Assembly (NCBI GenBank): GCA_041650755.1
Contig: JBAZKN010000002.1
Span: 135,030-191,846, forward strand
From: Patescibacteria group bacterium
GTDB taxonomy: Bacteria > Patescibacteriota > Patescibacteriia > UBA1558 > GWA2-36-10
Direction of reading: 5' to 3'
Length of the DNA: 56,817 nucleotides
The notes beneath the pieces are model-generated. The model saw only the letters and a list, made by a program, of their open reading frames with translations, was not told where the DNA came from and ran no database searches. Below, in pieces: positions 28,082-39,932 of the stretch; position 1 is the stretch's first letter; each line of letters opens with the position of its first letter. Both the position numbers and the translations under genes were made by a program.

Positions 28082-29290
28082 ATGGCATTGTATAAATACA
28101 GGGCAAGGGATATTGATGGGCGGCCTAGCCGCGGTATTGTTGAGTCAGGCACAGAAAACGAAGCAGCTGAACTATTGATTGAGCGTGGCCTGATTATTTT
28201 ATCTTTGCAAGAAACCAAGCAACACAAGCAATTTAAAATAAATATCAATATTGGTAGCGTGGGCCAGAAAGATTTGGTTGTTTTTTCTCGACAGCTGGCG
28301 GTGATGATTCAGGCCACTATTCCAGTGGTACAGGCTTTGCGTATTTTGGCTCAACAAACCACCAATGCTGTTTTTATTGATAAGATTGTAGAAATGGCCG
28401 ATGATGTCGAGGGCGGCATGAAGTTGTCGGATGCCTTGGCTAAGCACAAGCGCATTTTTAGCAATTTTTATGTGGCTATGATCAGGTCAGGTGAAACCTC
28501 CGGTCGCCTAGAGGAGGTTTTGGAATATTTGGCTGGTCAGATGGAAAAAGATTATGATTTGACTTCTCATATCAAGGGCGCCATGATTTATCCAGTGGTT
28601 ATTTTGGTGGGCATGTTGGGCGTGGGCATTTTTGTGATAGTCGGCATTTTGCCCAAGATGATGAGCATGCTCAAAGAAAGCGGCGCCGAATTACCATTGA
28701 CTACCAGGATGCTGATTGGTATTTCTGATTTTATGGTCGGACAATGGATTTGGCTGCTGATCATTGTCGGCGCGCTATCGGCCTTGTTTATCTTTTGGAA
28801 AAAGAGTAAAAGTGGTAAGGTGATGTGGGATGCCCTCAAGATACGCTTGCCGATATTTGGGCCATTATTCAAAAAAATATATATTGTCCGTTTTACCAGA
28901 AGTTTATCAACTTTGATCCACGGAGGCGTGCCAATTGCCTTGGCCTTGCGCATTACGGCCGAGGTTGTGGATAACGAGGCTTATCAAAAATTAATTTTGG
29001 ATACCGTAGCCGAAGTGGAGGGCGGCAGCTCAATTTCTACCTTGTTTGCCAAATCTAATTTGATGCCAAAAATGCTTGCCCAAATGATGGTGATCGGTGA
29101 GCGGACAGGCAAAATTGATACTATTTTGGATAGATTGAGTGATTTTTATGGCCGGGAAATAAGCCTGATGGTGGCCAATCTCACCACCCTGATGGAGCCG
29201 TTGATTTTGATCATTATGGGTGTTGGTGTTGGTGTCATGGTGGCGGCCGTGATGATGCCAATGTATCAATTGGCGCAAAGCATGTCCTAA
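28082..29290 (+). CDS. pilC: Type IV pilus platform protein PilC (GspF family)
   Basis: FSRQLAVMI, GETSGRL, IKGAMIYP, FTRSLSTL, GERTG, LMEP. Confidence 0.95.
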   Translation: MALYKYRARDIDGRPSRGIVESGTENEAAELLIERGLIILSLQETKQHKQFKININIGSVGQKDLVVFSRQLAVMIQATIPVVQALRILAQQTTNAVFIDKIVEMADDVEGGMKLSDALAKHKRIFSNFYVAMIRSGETSGRLEEVLEYLAGQMEKDYDLTSHIKGAMIYPVVILVGMLGVGIFVIVGILPKMMSMLKESGAELPLTTRMLIGISDFMVGQWIWLLIIVGALSALFIFWKKSKSGKVMWDALKIRLPIFGPLFKKIYIVRFTRSLSTLIHGGVPIALALRITAEVVDNEAYQKLILDTVAEVEGGSSISTLFAKSNLMPKMLAQMMVIGERTGKIDTILDRLSDFYGREISLMVANLTTLMEPLILIIMGVGVGVMVAAVMMPMYQLAQSMS

Positions 29291-29315
29291 AGTATTTGTC
29301 TGTTCCGGCAAAAAA

Positions 29316-29437
29316 TGCTATAATTTAATCAGTTAATTTTTTTATCAAACCAAGGCATTCTTTTTATGCGATTAGAGCTTTGGGGTACTCAAGCTTTAAT
29401 CATATCAAGGTAGCTTGGTATGAAAGGGGGTGAAACA
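29316..29437 (+). promoter_or_regulatory. Extended -10 promoter, structured leader and strong SD of major pilin
   Basis: TGCTATAAT 29316-29324; hairpin 29370-29401; GAAAGGGGGTGA before ATG 29438. Confidence 0.55.
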
Positions 29438-29869
29438 ATGAAAAAACTAAAAGGTTTTACATTGATTGAGTTATTGGTCGTCATTGCTATTATCGGTATT
29501 TTGGCTACAGTGGCCATTGTCAACCTAAACACTGCTCGAGAAAAAGCCAGGCAAGCCAATGTTTTATCGGCTTTGAGCTCATTGACTTCAGCTATTATTG
29601 TTTGTATGGATGATGGTGAGCATTTAACCTACACCGGTTCCAGCGTGTGTGATACGGCTACTGCCGGGCATGGAACGCCAGTTGAAGGTCAGCCAGTTTG
29701 CGCGACCGGCGGTTCCAGTGTTTGGCCAACGCTAGAGAGTAGTTGGGATTATAATGATACCTGTACGTCAACGGTTGATGGGACAGGCGCACCCACCTGG
29801 ACAGTTTCCGCATCCGGTCCGACAGCTAGAAGTGTGACTTGTACGCAAACCGGTTGTGTCACTCAATAA
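29438..29869 (+). CDS. pilA: Type IV pilin (probable major pilin)
   Basis: KG|[17 protein letters not shown] class III signal, own promoter, strong SD and terminator. Confidence 0.88.
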   Translation: MKKLKGFTLIELLVVIAIIGILATVAIVNLNTAREKARQANVLSALSSLTSAIIVCMDDGEHLTYTGSSVCDTATAGHGTPVEGQPVCATGGSSVWPTLESSWDYNDTCTSTVDGTGAPTWTVSASGPTARSVTCTQTGCVTQ

Positions 29870-29892
29870 TTATTTTATCAATATTTCTTACC

Positions 29893-29922
29893 AAAAACTG
29901 CTCCCATTAAGGAGCGGTTTTT
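29893..29922 (+). terminator. Intrinsic terminator after major pilin
   Basis: AAAAACTGCTCC-CATTAA-GGAGCGGTTTTT. Confidence 0.8.
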
Positions 29923-29955
29923 GAATAAAATTGATTATTTTGCTATAATTACCTT

Positions 29956-30363
29956 ATGAAAAAATATATTCAGAATGGGTTTTCCTTGGTGGAGATTTTG
30001 GTGGTGATAGCCATCATTGGTATTTTGGCTAGCCGGCAGATAGTGAACCTAAATAGAGCCAGAGAAAAAGCCAGACTAGCTTCTTTGCAAGAGACATTGC
30101 AGCCACTGGTGCCTTTAGCTCAAATTTGTTTTGATAATGACGAAGAAATTATGGATGGCGCCACGCCAGCTCTTAGGTGTAATAATAGCCCTTGGACTCC
30201 GGAAGGCACTTTTTGTCAAAGTGATGTTTGGCCGCGCTTGAAAAATGGCGCCATACCTGGCACTTGCACTAGCGATCTCACCAATAAAACATTCTCTTTT
30301 TCAGCTAGCGTTGACGGCGTGACTTTTACTTGCAATCAAACTGGCTGCACCAAATCGCCATAA
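29956..30363 (+). CDS. Type IV pilin paralog
   Basis: NG|[17 protein letters not shown]; shares NLN.AREKAR and TC.QTGC with the upstream pilin. Confidence 0.85.
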   Translation: MKKYIQNGFSLVEILVVIAIIGILASRQIVNLNRAREKARLASLQETLQPLVPLAQICFDNDEEIMDGATPALRCNNSPWTPEGTFCQSDVWPRLKNGAIPGTCTSDLTNKTFSFSASVDGVTFTCNQTGCTKSP

Positions 30364-30374
30364 AAATAAAACTT

Positions 30375-30806
30375 ATGTTTAATTATGATCTGAAGACCAA
30401 AATAATTAGCGGTTTTATTTTAGCCCTGTTAATCGCTGGCGCTAGCTGGCTGGTAAGCTACAATCGCAGCCGCAGCCAGGATCTGTTGACCGTTATCCAA
30501 GCAAAAAATCTGGCTATTGCCCTAGAGAAATATTATGACCAGCGTCAAAACTATCCAATTGCCTCTAGTATGCCAGTAGATGATATTATGCAAATCAGCG
30601 AGCAGGGCATAAATCAAGAGGGTAATAAGGTTTATTGGCAGACAACTGGTGTTTGGCCAAGGAGCGCTACTTATGTTGGCCAGAGTGATAATTATGCTAT
30701 TTATTTTACTTTAGAAAATGCCTGGACAATTTGGGGTTTAAAGAGTCTAAAAGGCGGAGTTTGCGGCTTTACTAAAAATGTCGTCTGGCAGTGTCAGGCC
30801 CAATAA
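30375..30806 (+). CDS. Pilin-like membrane protein lacking a clear prepilin cleavage site
   Basis: TM helix then LAIALEKYYD...YP (GspG-like globular start); ATG 30375 chosen. Confidence 0.55.
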   Translation: MFNYDLKTKIISGFILALLIAGASWLVSYNRSRSQDLLTVIQAKNLAIALEKYYDQRQNYPIASSMPVDDIMQISEQGINQEGNKVYWQTTGVWPRSATYVGQSDNYAIYFTLENAWTIWGLKSLKGGVCGFTKNVVWQCQAQ

Positions 30807-30858
30807 TTTTTTATAAAGGGGCCATGACTTTGGGGCCCAATTATGTTATAATAAAGCC

Positions 30859-31641
30859 ATGTTAGTCATAGCTTTAGTTTTTATTTTTGGCCTGATAGTA
30901 GGGAGTTTTTTGAATGTGGTGATATTTAGGTTGCATCGTCAAGAATCTTTTGTCAGGGGTTATTCCAAATGTTTATTTTGTGGTCATCGGCTCTATGCTC
31001 AGGATTTGGTGCCATTATTTAGCTATATTTTTTTGCGAGGCCATTGTCGCTATTGCCGGCACAGATTTTCCGCTCAATACCCTCTGGTAGAGCTATCCAC
31101 AGCCATATTATTTCCCCTGATTTTTATAAAATTTATACCCGGTGATTGGCATCTGATAGTTAGCCAGAATATTTTGGGTCTACTGTTTGCCTGGATTTTG
31201 ACTGCCTTTTTGACTATTATTTTTGTTTATGATTTAAAGTATTATTTGATTTTGGATGCCGTAGTTTTGCCGGCCATTATTCTGGCCCTAGTTTTTAATT
31301 TATTACTAGGAGCCAATTTTATAAATTTGTTTTTAGCCGGTCTGTTTGGCGCCGGCATATTCTTTTTGCAGTTTGCCATCTCCAAAGGCACCTGGATAGG
31401 CGGCGGCGATATCCGTTTGGGGTTTTTGATGGGAGCGGTTTTGGGCTGGCCGGAAGTGGGCATTGCTCTTTTTTTGGCCTATATTTTGGGTGGAGCTTAT
31501 AGCTTGGGCCTGCTTCTTACTGGGAAAAAGCACTTATCCGATAAGGTGGCATTTGGTACATTTTTGTCATTGGCCACTTTTATCACCATGCTTTATGGCC
31601 AGACTATCCTGACTTGGTACATATCTTTATTGGTCGGCTAA
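30859..31641 (+). CDS. pilD: Prepilin peptidase
   Basis: GSFLNVVIFR, CLFC...CRYC, YDLKY, GGGDIRL, AFGTFL. Confidence 0.95.
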   Translation: MLVIALVFIFGLIVGSFLNVVIFRLHRQESFVRGYSKCLFCGHRLYAQDLVPLFSYIFLRGHCRYCRHRFSAQYPLVELSTAILFPLIFIKFIPGDWHLIVSQNILGLLFAWILTAFLTIIFVYDLKYYLILDAVVLPAIILALVFNLLLGANFINLFLAGLFGAGIFFLQFAISKGTWIGGGDIRLGFLMGAVLGWPEVGIALFLAYILGGAYSLGLLLTGKKHLSDKVAFGTFLSLATFITMLYGQTILTWYISLLVG

Positions 31642-31654
31642 TTCATTTAAATAT

Positions 31655-32599
31655 ATGCAAAAATTAAACAATAAGATCATAGCCAGCTATCAATCAGGCT
31701 TTACTTTACTCGAGATTTTGATAGTGATAGCGATTATTTCTATTCTGGCCGCCGCATATTTTAATAGTATCAAGCAGACTAATTTTCAAAAATTAAAAAT
31801 GGCAGGCGAGAAAATGGCATCAGATATCAATTATGCCAGAAATCTGGCCATCTCTCGAGCCACCTATAATGGGTCATACTACCCCGGCTCTTATGGAGTT
31901 GCTTTTTATAATGGCGACGGTAGTACTACCTATAGCCGTTATATTATTTATGCGGGTAATAAAAGCAATGTAATAAAAACCGTAACTTTGTCCGATAAAA
32001 CTTTTCGCTTAGTTGATCCAAACATGTCCCCATTTAATATAAACCAAATTACCTCGGTGTCGTTTGCCTTTATTAGTGAAAATAAGGTTTCGGCTAGTGA
32101 TTTTAAACTGAACTCCAATGGCGAATATCAAATAGCCATTATGCAGTTGGTGCCAATTCAGCAAGGCGCATATACTTATAATACTTATAATAAATTTTTT
32201 GTCAGCTTAGGATCAGTTTCGGGTGATAATTATGCCTGGGGCGGAGGATCCCTGTCTTATGATTATATTAGCCCAGTATGTGGTAATGGTAAGCTGGAGA
32301 CAGAGGCGGGCGAAGAGTGCGACTTGGGGTCGGGCAATAGTGACACTGGTTATTGTTTATTAAGTTGTAAAATTAATGAATGCGGCGATAATCATTTATA
32401 TTTGGGGGTCGAGGAATGTGATAGTCCGGGCATCAGGACTTGTCCGGACCCCACTCAGCCAGTTTGGTGTTATCGATGTGGGACTGACGCAATCTGTGAT
32501 CCTATTTATCAAAATCAAGGTAGTTGTGTCTGGGATGAACTAGGCGCATGCAGGCATTCAAGTTTTGGATGTTCTGCTATATGCCGCGTGCCTTTTTAG
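31655..32599 (+). CDS. Minor pilin (FimT/GspH-like) with C-terminal cysteine-rich repeats
   Basis: SG|FTLLEILIVIAII; CGNGKLE...GEECD and CGD...GVEECD repeats. Confidence 0.8.
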   Translation: MQKLNNKIIASYQSGFTLLEILIVIAIISILAAAYFNSIKQTNFQKLKMAGEKMASDINYARNLAISRATYNGSYYPGSYGVAFYNGDGSTTYSRYIIYAGNKSNVIKTVTLSDKTFRLVDPNMSPFNINQITSVSFAFISENKVSASDFKLNSNGEYQIAIMQLVPIQQGAYTYNTYNKFFVSLGSVSGDNYAWGGGSLSYDYISPVCGNGKLETEAGEECDLGSGNSDTGYCLLSCKINECGDNHLYLGVEECDSPGIRTCPDPTQPVWCYRCGTDAICDPIYQNQGSCVWDELGACRHSSFGCSAICRVPF

Positions 32600-32617
32600 T
32601 GGTAGCAAATTAAAATT

Positions 32618-33280
32618 ATGCGTTTAGATGAAGATATAGCTTTTAAATCAGATAGCGGTTTCACTTTGATTGAAGTGCTTTTGGCTTTGACTATTTTTGC
32701 CATTGGCATTTTGGCAGTAATTACCTTATCGGATGCCAATGTGCGTTTGGCCAAAGAAAGTGCTGATAGGGTTTTGGTAGCTAATTTGGCCAGAGAAGGC
32801 ATTGAGTTGGTAAGAAATGTGCGTGATAGCAACTGGCTAAAAATAGAAGATAATCAGACAGATTGCGGGGGTAGTGATATATGCCCTTGGGATTATCGTC
32901 TGCACGCTGAAGACAATGGCGGTTTTTTTGCTATAGATTATACTTATGAAACTACGGGCCTATTGACCGGCTGTACCAGTTGGGATAATTGTCTTGATAG
33001 CAGCAGCGCTTTGGGCAGGATTTATTTAAATGAAACTACTGGCTATTATAGCCACCAACCAGGGGGTAAGGTCACTAATTTTTCTAGAATAATAAAAATA
33101 GAAAATCTTTGTTTAGCCAATGATGGCACCAGCATTACGGAGACACCCAGATCTACAGTCTGTACGCCCGGTATTGAAGAAAAAGTCGGCATAGTAGTAA
33201 CAGCCAAAGTGCGTTATCGGATTCATGGTAAGACGATTGATTTTGATGCCGTAGAGCATTTATATAACTGGCGCTATTAG
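32618..33280 (+). CDS. Minor pilin (PilV-like)
   Basis: SG|FTLIEVLLAL, LAREGIELVRNVRDSNW. Confidence 0.82.
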   Translation: MRLDEDIAFKSDSGFTLIEVLLALTIFAIGILAVITLSDANVRLAKESADRVLVANLAREGIELVRNVRDSNWLKIEDNQTDCGGSDICPWDYRLHAEDNGGFFAIDYTYETTGLLTGCTSWDNCLDSSSALGRIYLNETTGYYSHQPGGKVTNFSRIIKIENLCLANDGTSITETPRSTVCTPGIEEKVGIVVTAKVRYRIHGKTIDFDAVEHLYNWRY

Positions 33281-33285
33281 ATCAT

Positions 33286-33900
33286 ATGATGTTTAAGTAT
33301 AAAAACTTATTAACAGTAGGCAAAAGGGGGGCTGGTTTTTCTTTGGTAGAAATGTTGGTAGCCATTGCTGTTTTTATGATTTTGACAGTTATTTTGTCCG
33401 GTATTTACGTGGCTTTTAATCGTAATCAGAATCGAGCTAATGTTTCCCAAAAAATGGTCAATAATTTGCAGTATGTTTTTGAGATTGTGTCTAGGCAAAT
33501 CCGGGATAATAGTATCGTTGATTTTTCCAGCACTTGCCCGATAGCAGGCTATACTGATAGTTGTATTTTGCTGCAAAGGGAAGATGGCAGCTTGTTTGCC
33601 TTTGCTCATAATGATCAGGCTTTAGAATATTTGTTGATTAATAAAGATGCCGGTGGCGCTTATGCGATCATCAATGAGCCAGGCAGTTCTATTAAGTTTT
33701 TATCCCCGGATGTTAATAATATAAAAGTTGATTTGGCGAGATTTTATATTCAGCCAAGTATAAATCCATATTTACAGGGTGGTTCAAATCAACAGCCGAA
33801 GGTGACAGTGGCCTTGCAGGTTGTTTATAGCGGTACGGGCAATGTGAGTTCTGTATATAATATACAAACTACTGTTTCTTCACGGATATATAAACGTTGA
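33286..33900 (+). CDS. Minor pilin (PilW-like)
   Basis: AG|FSLVEMLVAIAVF, QTTVSSR C-terminus. Confidence 0.82.
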   Translation: MMFKYKNLLTVGKRGAGFSLVEMLVAIAVFMILTVILSGIYVAFNRNQNRANVSQKMVNNLQYVFEIVSRQIRDNSIVDFSSTCPIAGYTDSCILLQREDGSLFAFAHNDQALEYLLINKDAGGAYAIINEPGSSIKFLSPDVNNIKVDLARFYIQPSINPYLQGGSNQQPKVTVALQVVYSGTGNVSSVYNIQTTVSSRIYKR

Positions 33901-33901
33901 T

Positions 33902-34765
33902 ATGCCAAAGATTTTAAGTAAATTAAATCAAAAAGGAGCATCAGCCATTATCGCTTTGCTGCTTTTATCTTTGATGCTGGCGTCAGTCTTGGGTTTGACC
34001 AGTATTTTATTGGATGAAGTGAAAGTGTCTTTGAATGCAGAAAATGTAGTAGCCGCTTCTTATGTGGCTGAAAGCGGAGTAGAGCAGGCTTTGTATTATA
34101 TAAAGTATTCCCGTCAGCAGAGCGATTTTAATTATTATACTGACTTGCAAGATGAGCAGAAGACTTTGAATAACAATGGAAAATTTCAGATCAAAACAGC
34201 TGCTCTGGATAATATCTCTTTTGATACCTATAATGTGGCTACCAACAGTCCTGCCCACGTCGATATTGTTGATCCAGCCGGCAATATTAGTAATGTGGTC
34301 TGGCCCAATGAAGATCCTAGCCAGCCAGCCAACTATTCAATTAACTGGAGCATTGAAAACTGTTATCCTGACCATGCTTCCGATAGATTGGAAGTGACGG
34401 TCTATTCATTTGGTACTGGCTATCTTGATCCCAGCGGCAGTGTAGCCTCCCCGGACATTACCAAGAATGTTTATGTGTGTGCTTGCGGATATTCTGAATA
34501 TTCAGATACGAGTTGTCTTGGCATCAGTGGGCCAGATTTATCCACTAGTCGCTACTATCGTTTTGTCTTTCGGCCGCTAGATGATACGGCCAAACGCATC
34601 ACCTTTTATTTAAACGGTAAGGGGATATATTCTCAGGCACTGATAGAAGTGGATGGTGTATATCGCACATCTCAATATCGTTTGCGAGCTACATTACCAG
34701 CCCTGAGCCCAGCTTCAGACATTTTTAGTTATGTGATATTTTCCGAGGAAGAGCTGATCAAATGA
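33902..34765 (+). CDS. PilX-like minor pilin
   Basis: KG|ASAIIALLLL without Glu5; YVAESGVEQAL. Confidence 0.78.
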   Translation: MPKILSKLNQKGASAIIALLLLSLMLASVLGLTSILLDEVKVSLNAENVVAASYVAESGVEQALYYIKYSRQQSDFNYYTDLQDEQKTLNNNGKFQIKTAALDNISFDTYNVATNSPAHVDIVDPAGNISNVVWPNEDPSQPANYSINWSIENCYPDHASDRLEVTVYSFGTGYLDPSGSVASPDITKNVYVCACGYSEYSDTSCLGISGPDLSTSRYYRFVFRPLDDTAKRITFYLNGKGIYSQALIEVDGVYRTSQYRLRATLPALSPASDIFSYVIFSEEELIK

Positions 34766-34769
34766 TTAA

Positions 34770-36782
<2,013 letters not shown>

Positions 36783-36791
36783 ATAAAAAAT

Positions 36792-37379
36792 ATGTCTTGG
36801 GTTTACACTAATATCTACATTTTTATTCTGGCAATTTTTTTGGCTATTTTAGAAATTCAGATTGAGGGGCCAAACGGCTGGGCAAAAAATTTACCCACTT
36901 GGCGTCCGCAGAGCAAGCATTGGTTCCTGCGCTTCTATAGAAAATTGATGAGTGACAGGGAAGCGACTGGCTATCATATGGTTATGTTCACTTTTGTGTT
37001 ATTAATTTTTCATTTGCCTTATGTTTTTGGCCTGACTCCGACTTGGGAACATTGGGTGAAAACTTTATCTTTTTTTCTGATGTTCGTGGTTTTGTGGGAT
37101 TTTCTTTGGTTTGTCTTGAACCCTCACTATCCTTTGAAGCGATTTAAGGCCGAGCATATTTGGTGGCACAAAAAATGGTGGGGTGGAGCACCAGCGGATT
37201 ATTATGGCAGCATTATTTTGTCCAATTTGATTCTCTGGCCATATATTTGGCATGCAGATAATTTATCATTAATGGCTTGGTGGTGGCAGAACTTATTATT
37301 ATTTATTGTCCAGACCATCATTGTTATTTTGTTTACTTTGTATATTTTAAAGATAGACAATTGGCATTTTAAAAAATAG
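36792..37379 (+). CDS. Trp-rich integral membrane hypothetical protein
   Basis: ORF track 195 aa with about 5 hydrophobic segments. Confidence 0.7.
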   Translation: MSWVYTNIYIFILAIFLAILEIQIEGPNGWAKNLPTWRPQSKHWFLRFYRKLMSDREATGYHMVMFTFVLLIFHLPYVFGLTPTWEHWVKTLSFFLMFVVLWDFLWFVLNPHYPLKRFKAEHIWWHKKWWGGAPADYYGSIILSNLILWPYIWHADNLSLMAWWWQNLLLFIVQTIIVILFTLYILKIDNWHFKK

Positions 37380-37423
37380 TTTATTTGCGTCGATTTATTT
37401 TTTTAGCTAATATTAATTAGATT

Positions 37424-37711
37424 ATGGTTTTGGACAAAAAAGATATACAAAATTTGGCTGATTTAGCCAAATTAAAACTTAGCGGTCGAGAGATCAGGGA
37501 TTATGCCCGCCAGCTGGACAAAGTTTTGGCTTATTTTGGTAAAATCAAAAAATTAAAGTTAAATCAGGTCAAAGAAAGCCTGTCTGGCGCAGATGAGCGA
37601 GCGACAGTTTGGCGCCAGGATCAGCCAAAAATTTCCGATACTAGCCTTTTACAGCAAGCCAATATGTCAGCTGACGGCTATGTGGTGGCGCCCAATGTTT
37701 TTAAAAAATAA
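37424..37711 (+). CDS. gatC: Asp/Glu-tRNA amidotransferase subunit C
   Basis: LADLAKLKL, WRQD, YVVAPNVF; directly before gatA. Confidence 0.88.
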   Translation: MVLDKKDIQNLADLAKLKLSGREIRDYARQLDKVLAYFGKIKKLKLNQVKESLSGADERATVWRQDQPKISDTSLLQQANMSADGYVVAPNVFKK

Positions 37712-37713
37712 TC

Positions 37714-39147
37714 ATGGCATCGATTGATATAAAAAATTTAACCATTGATCAAATCCAGGCCGGTTTTAGGGCCAAAGATTTTTCTAGTGTGGAGCTGACC
37801 AAGGCCTATTTACAGGCCATCAAAACTGATAAGCTGAATGCATTCATTTCTGTTTCCGAAAATGCCCTAATAGAGGCCAAAGCAGCTGATAAGCTTTTGG
37901 CTAGTGGTCGAGGAACGGTGCTCACTGGTATTCCCTTGGCTGTCAAAGATATTATTCTGGTCAAAGGCTTATTGGCTACGGCAGCTTCCAAAATTTTGGC
38001 CAATTATCGCGCTGCCTATACTGCTACGGCTGTTGGCCGTCTGCAAGCGGCTGGCATGGTGGTTTTAGGCAAGACAAATTGCGATGAATTTGCCATGGGT
38101 GCCTCTAATGAAAATTCTTATTTTGGTCCAGTAAAAAATCCACATGATGCTAGGCGCGTGCCTGGTGGCTCGTCCGGCGGTTCGGCGGCAGCTGTGGCTG
38201 CTGGTCTTGCGCCGCTTGCTCTGGGGACAGACACGGGCGGCTCTATACGTCAGCCGGCGGCTTTTTGCGGTGTGGTTGGGGTCAAACCCAGCTATGGGCG
38301 GGTTTCGCGCTATGGTTCCATGGCCATGGCTTCATCACTTGACCAGATCGGGCCGATAGCCAATACGGTAAAAGATGCCGCCTATTTGTTGCGCACTATG
38401 GCCGGTCAAGATCCTTTGGATGCCACTACCTTAGACCAAGTCGTACCAGATTATATAGAAGCCCTATCCGGCCAAGCTAAGACATTGCGCTTGGGTTTGC
38501 CCAAAGAGTATTTTGGCAAAGGCTTGAGCGTCGAGATCAGGTCGGCTATCAATGATTTAGTAGAGAAATTAAGATCGCAGGGTTTTGATATCAAAAGAGT
38601 GAGCTTGCCTTATTCGGATTATGCTTTGGCCGCTTATTATCTTTTGATGCCGGCTGAAGTCAGCTCCAATTTGGCGCGTTTTGATGGTTTGCTCTACGGT
38701 TTGTCTGATAAGAAAAATTTAAGCCTAGATCAGTGGTACAAGCAGGTGCGAGAAGATGGCTTTGGCCCCGAAAGCAAGCGCCGCATAATTTTTGGCACCT
38801 ATATTTTATCAGCCGGATATTATGATGCTTATTATAAACAGGCCCAAAAAGTCAGGACTTTAATCAGGCAGGATTTTGCAAAAGTTTTCAAAAACACGGA
38901 TGTTTTATTGACGCCAGCCACACCAACTACCGCTTTTCGTTTGGGTGAAAAAAGCCAAGATCCTTTGAGTATGTATTTGTCAGACATTTATACAGTCGGC
39001 GCCAATATCGCCGGTATTTGCGGACTGGTTTTACCAATTGCTAAAGATAAAAATAATTTACCGATTGGTTTACAATTATTAGCGGCGCCCTTGGCCGAGG
39101 AAAAATTATTTACTTTAGCTAATTACCTTGAAAAAATAAATATATGA
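37714..39147 (+). CDS. gatA: Asp/Glu-tRNA amidotransferase subunit A
   Basis: GKTNCDEFAMG, PGGSSGGSAAAV, LGTDTGGSIRQPA, SSNLARFDG. Confidence 0.97.
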   Translation: MASIDIKNLTIDQIQAGFRAKDFSSVELTKAYLQAIKTDKLNAFISVSENALIEAKAADKLLASGRGTVLTGIPLAVKDIILVKGLLATAASKILANYRAAYTATAVGRLQAAGMVVLGKTNCDEFAMGASNENSYFGPVKNPHDARRVPGGSSGGSAAAVAAGLAPLALGTDTGGSIRQPAAFCGVVGVKPSYGRVSRYGSMAMASSLDQIGPIANTVKDAAYLLRTMAGQDPLDATTLDQVVPDYIEALSGQAKTLRLGLPKEYFGKGLSVEIRSAINDLVEKLRSQGFDIKRVSLPYSDYALAAYYLLMPAEVSSNLARFDGLLYGLSDKKNLSLDQWYKQVREDGFGPESKRRIIFGTYILSAGYYDAYYKQAQKVRTLIRQDFAKVFKNTDVLLTPATPTTAFRLGEKSQDPLSMYLSDIYTVGANIAGICGLVLPIAKDKNNLPIGLQLLAAPLAEEKLFTLANYLEKINI

Positions 39148-39932
39148 GCCTGGATACTAGATTAAAACAAAGAATGGCTGAGGCAGTTTCTCACAGTTAT
39201 TATAAGCCTTGGCGCAAGCGCTGGTGGGGGATTTTGATTATGATATTCATCGTGGCGGCAGTTTTGGCAGTGATGTATTTTATTTATTTGCTTTCTGTGC
39301 AGTTCCAGCACTTTAGCAAAGGTGATATTTATAACAAACAAACCGGTATGTGGATTACCGAAGGGCAATATCGTGAAAACCAAAAAATGTTTAATGAAAC
39401 GCTGACTGGCGACGATCCGTATTTGGGTAGCCAAGAACCTTTGGTGTATGTGATTGCCTATGATTCTTTTGCTTGTCCATACAGCAAAGATAATCAGGTC
39501 GACATCCAGCAAATGATTGCTAAATATGGCAAATTCGTCCGCTTTATAGTCAAAGATTTCCCCACCGAAGGCTTGCATCCCAACGTGACTAATGCCCATT
39601 TAGCGGCTGATTGTGCCAACGAGCAAAATAAATATTGGGAATATAGGGATTTGCTTTATGCCAATCAACCCGACGATGCTAATCCGGATGCTTTTTCCAA
39701 AGCAAATCTGGAAGCTTTAGCCGAGAAAGTCGGCGTAAATAAAAAGCAATTTAAGAATTGTTTAGATACGGAGAAATATAATCAAGAAATCAAGCAGGAC
39801 TTTGCTAGCGGAGTGCAGATGGGAGTAGTAGGCACGCCCAGCTACGTTATCAATGGTAATTTGATACCGGGAGAAATAAAATTTGACGTTTGGCAAAAAG
39901 TTCTTGCTTATATTGTAGAGGATACGCCATAA
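39144..39932 (+). CDS. Membrane-anchored DsbA/BdbD-like thioredoxin-fold protein with CPYS active site
   Basis: GDDPYLG, YDSFACPYS, KDFP, AADCANEQNKYW, GVVGTPS. Confidence 0.85.
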   Translation: MSLDTRLKQRMAEAVSHSYYKPWRKRWWGILIMIFIVAAVLAVMYFIYLLSVQFQHFSKGDIYNKQTGMWITEGQYRENQKMFNETLTGDDPYLGSQEPLVYVIAYDSFACPYSKDNQVDIQQMIAKYGKFVRFIVKDFPTEGLHPNVTNAHLAADCANEQNKYWEYRDLLYANQPDDANPDAFSKANLEALAEKVGVNKKQFKNCLDTEKYNQEIKQDFASGVQMGVVGTPSYVINGNLIPGEIKFDVWQKVLAYIVEDTP

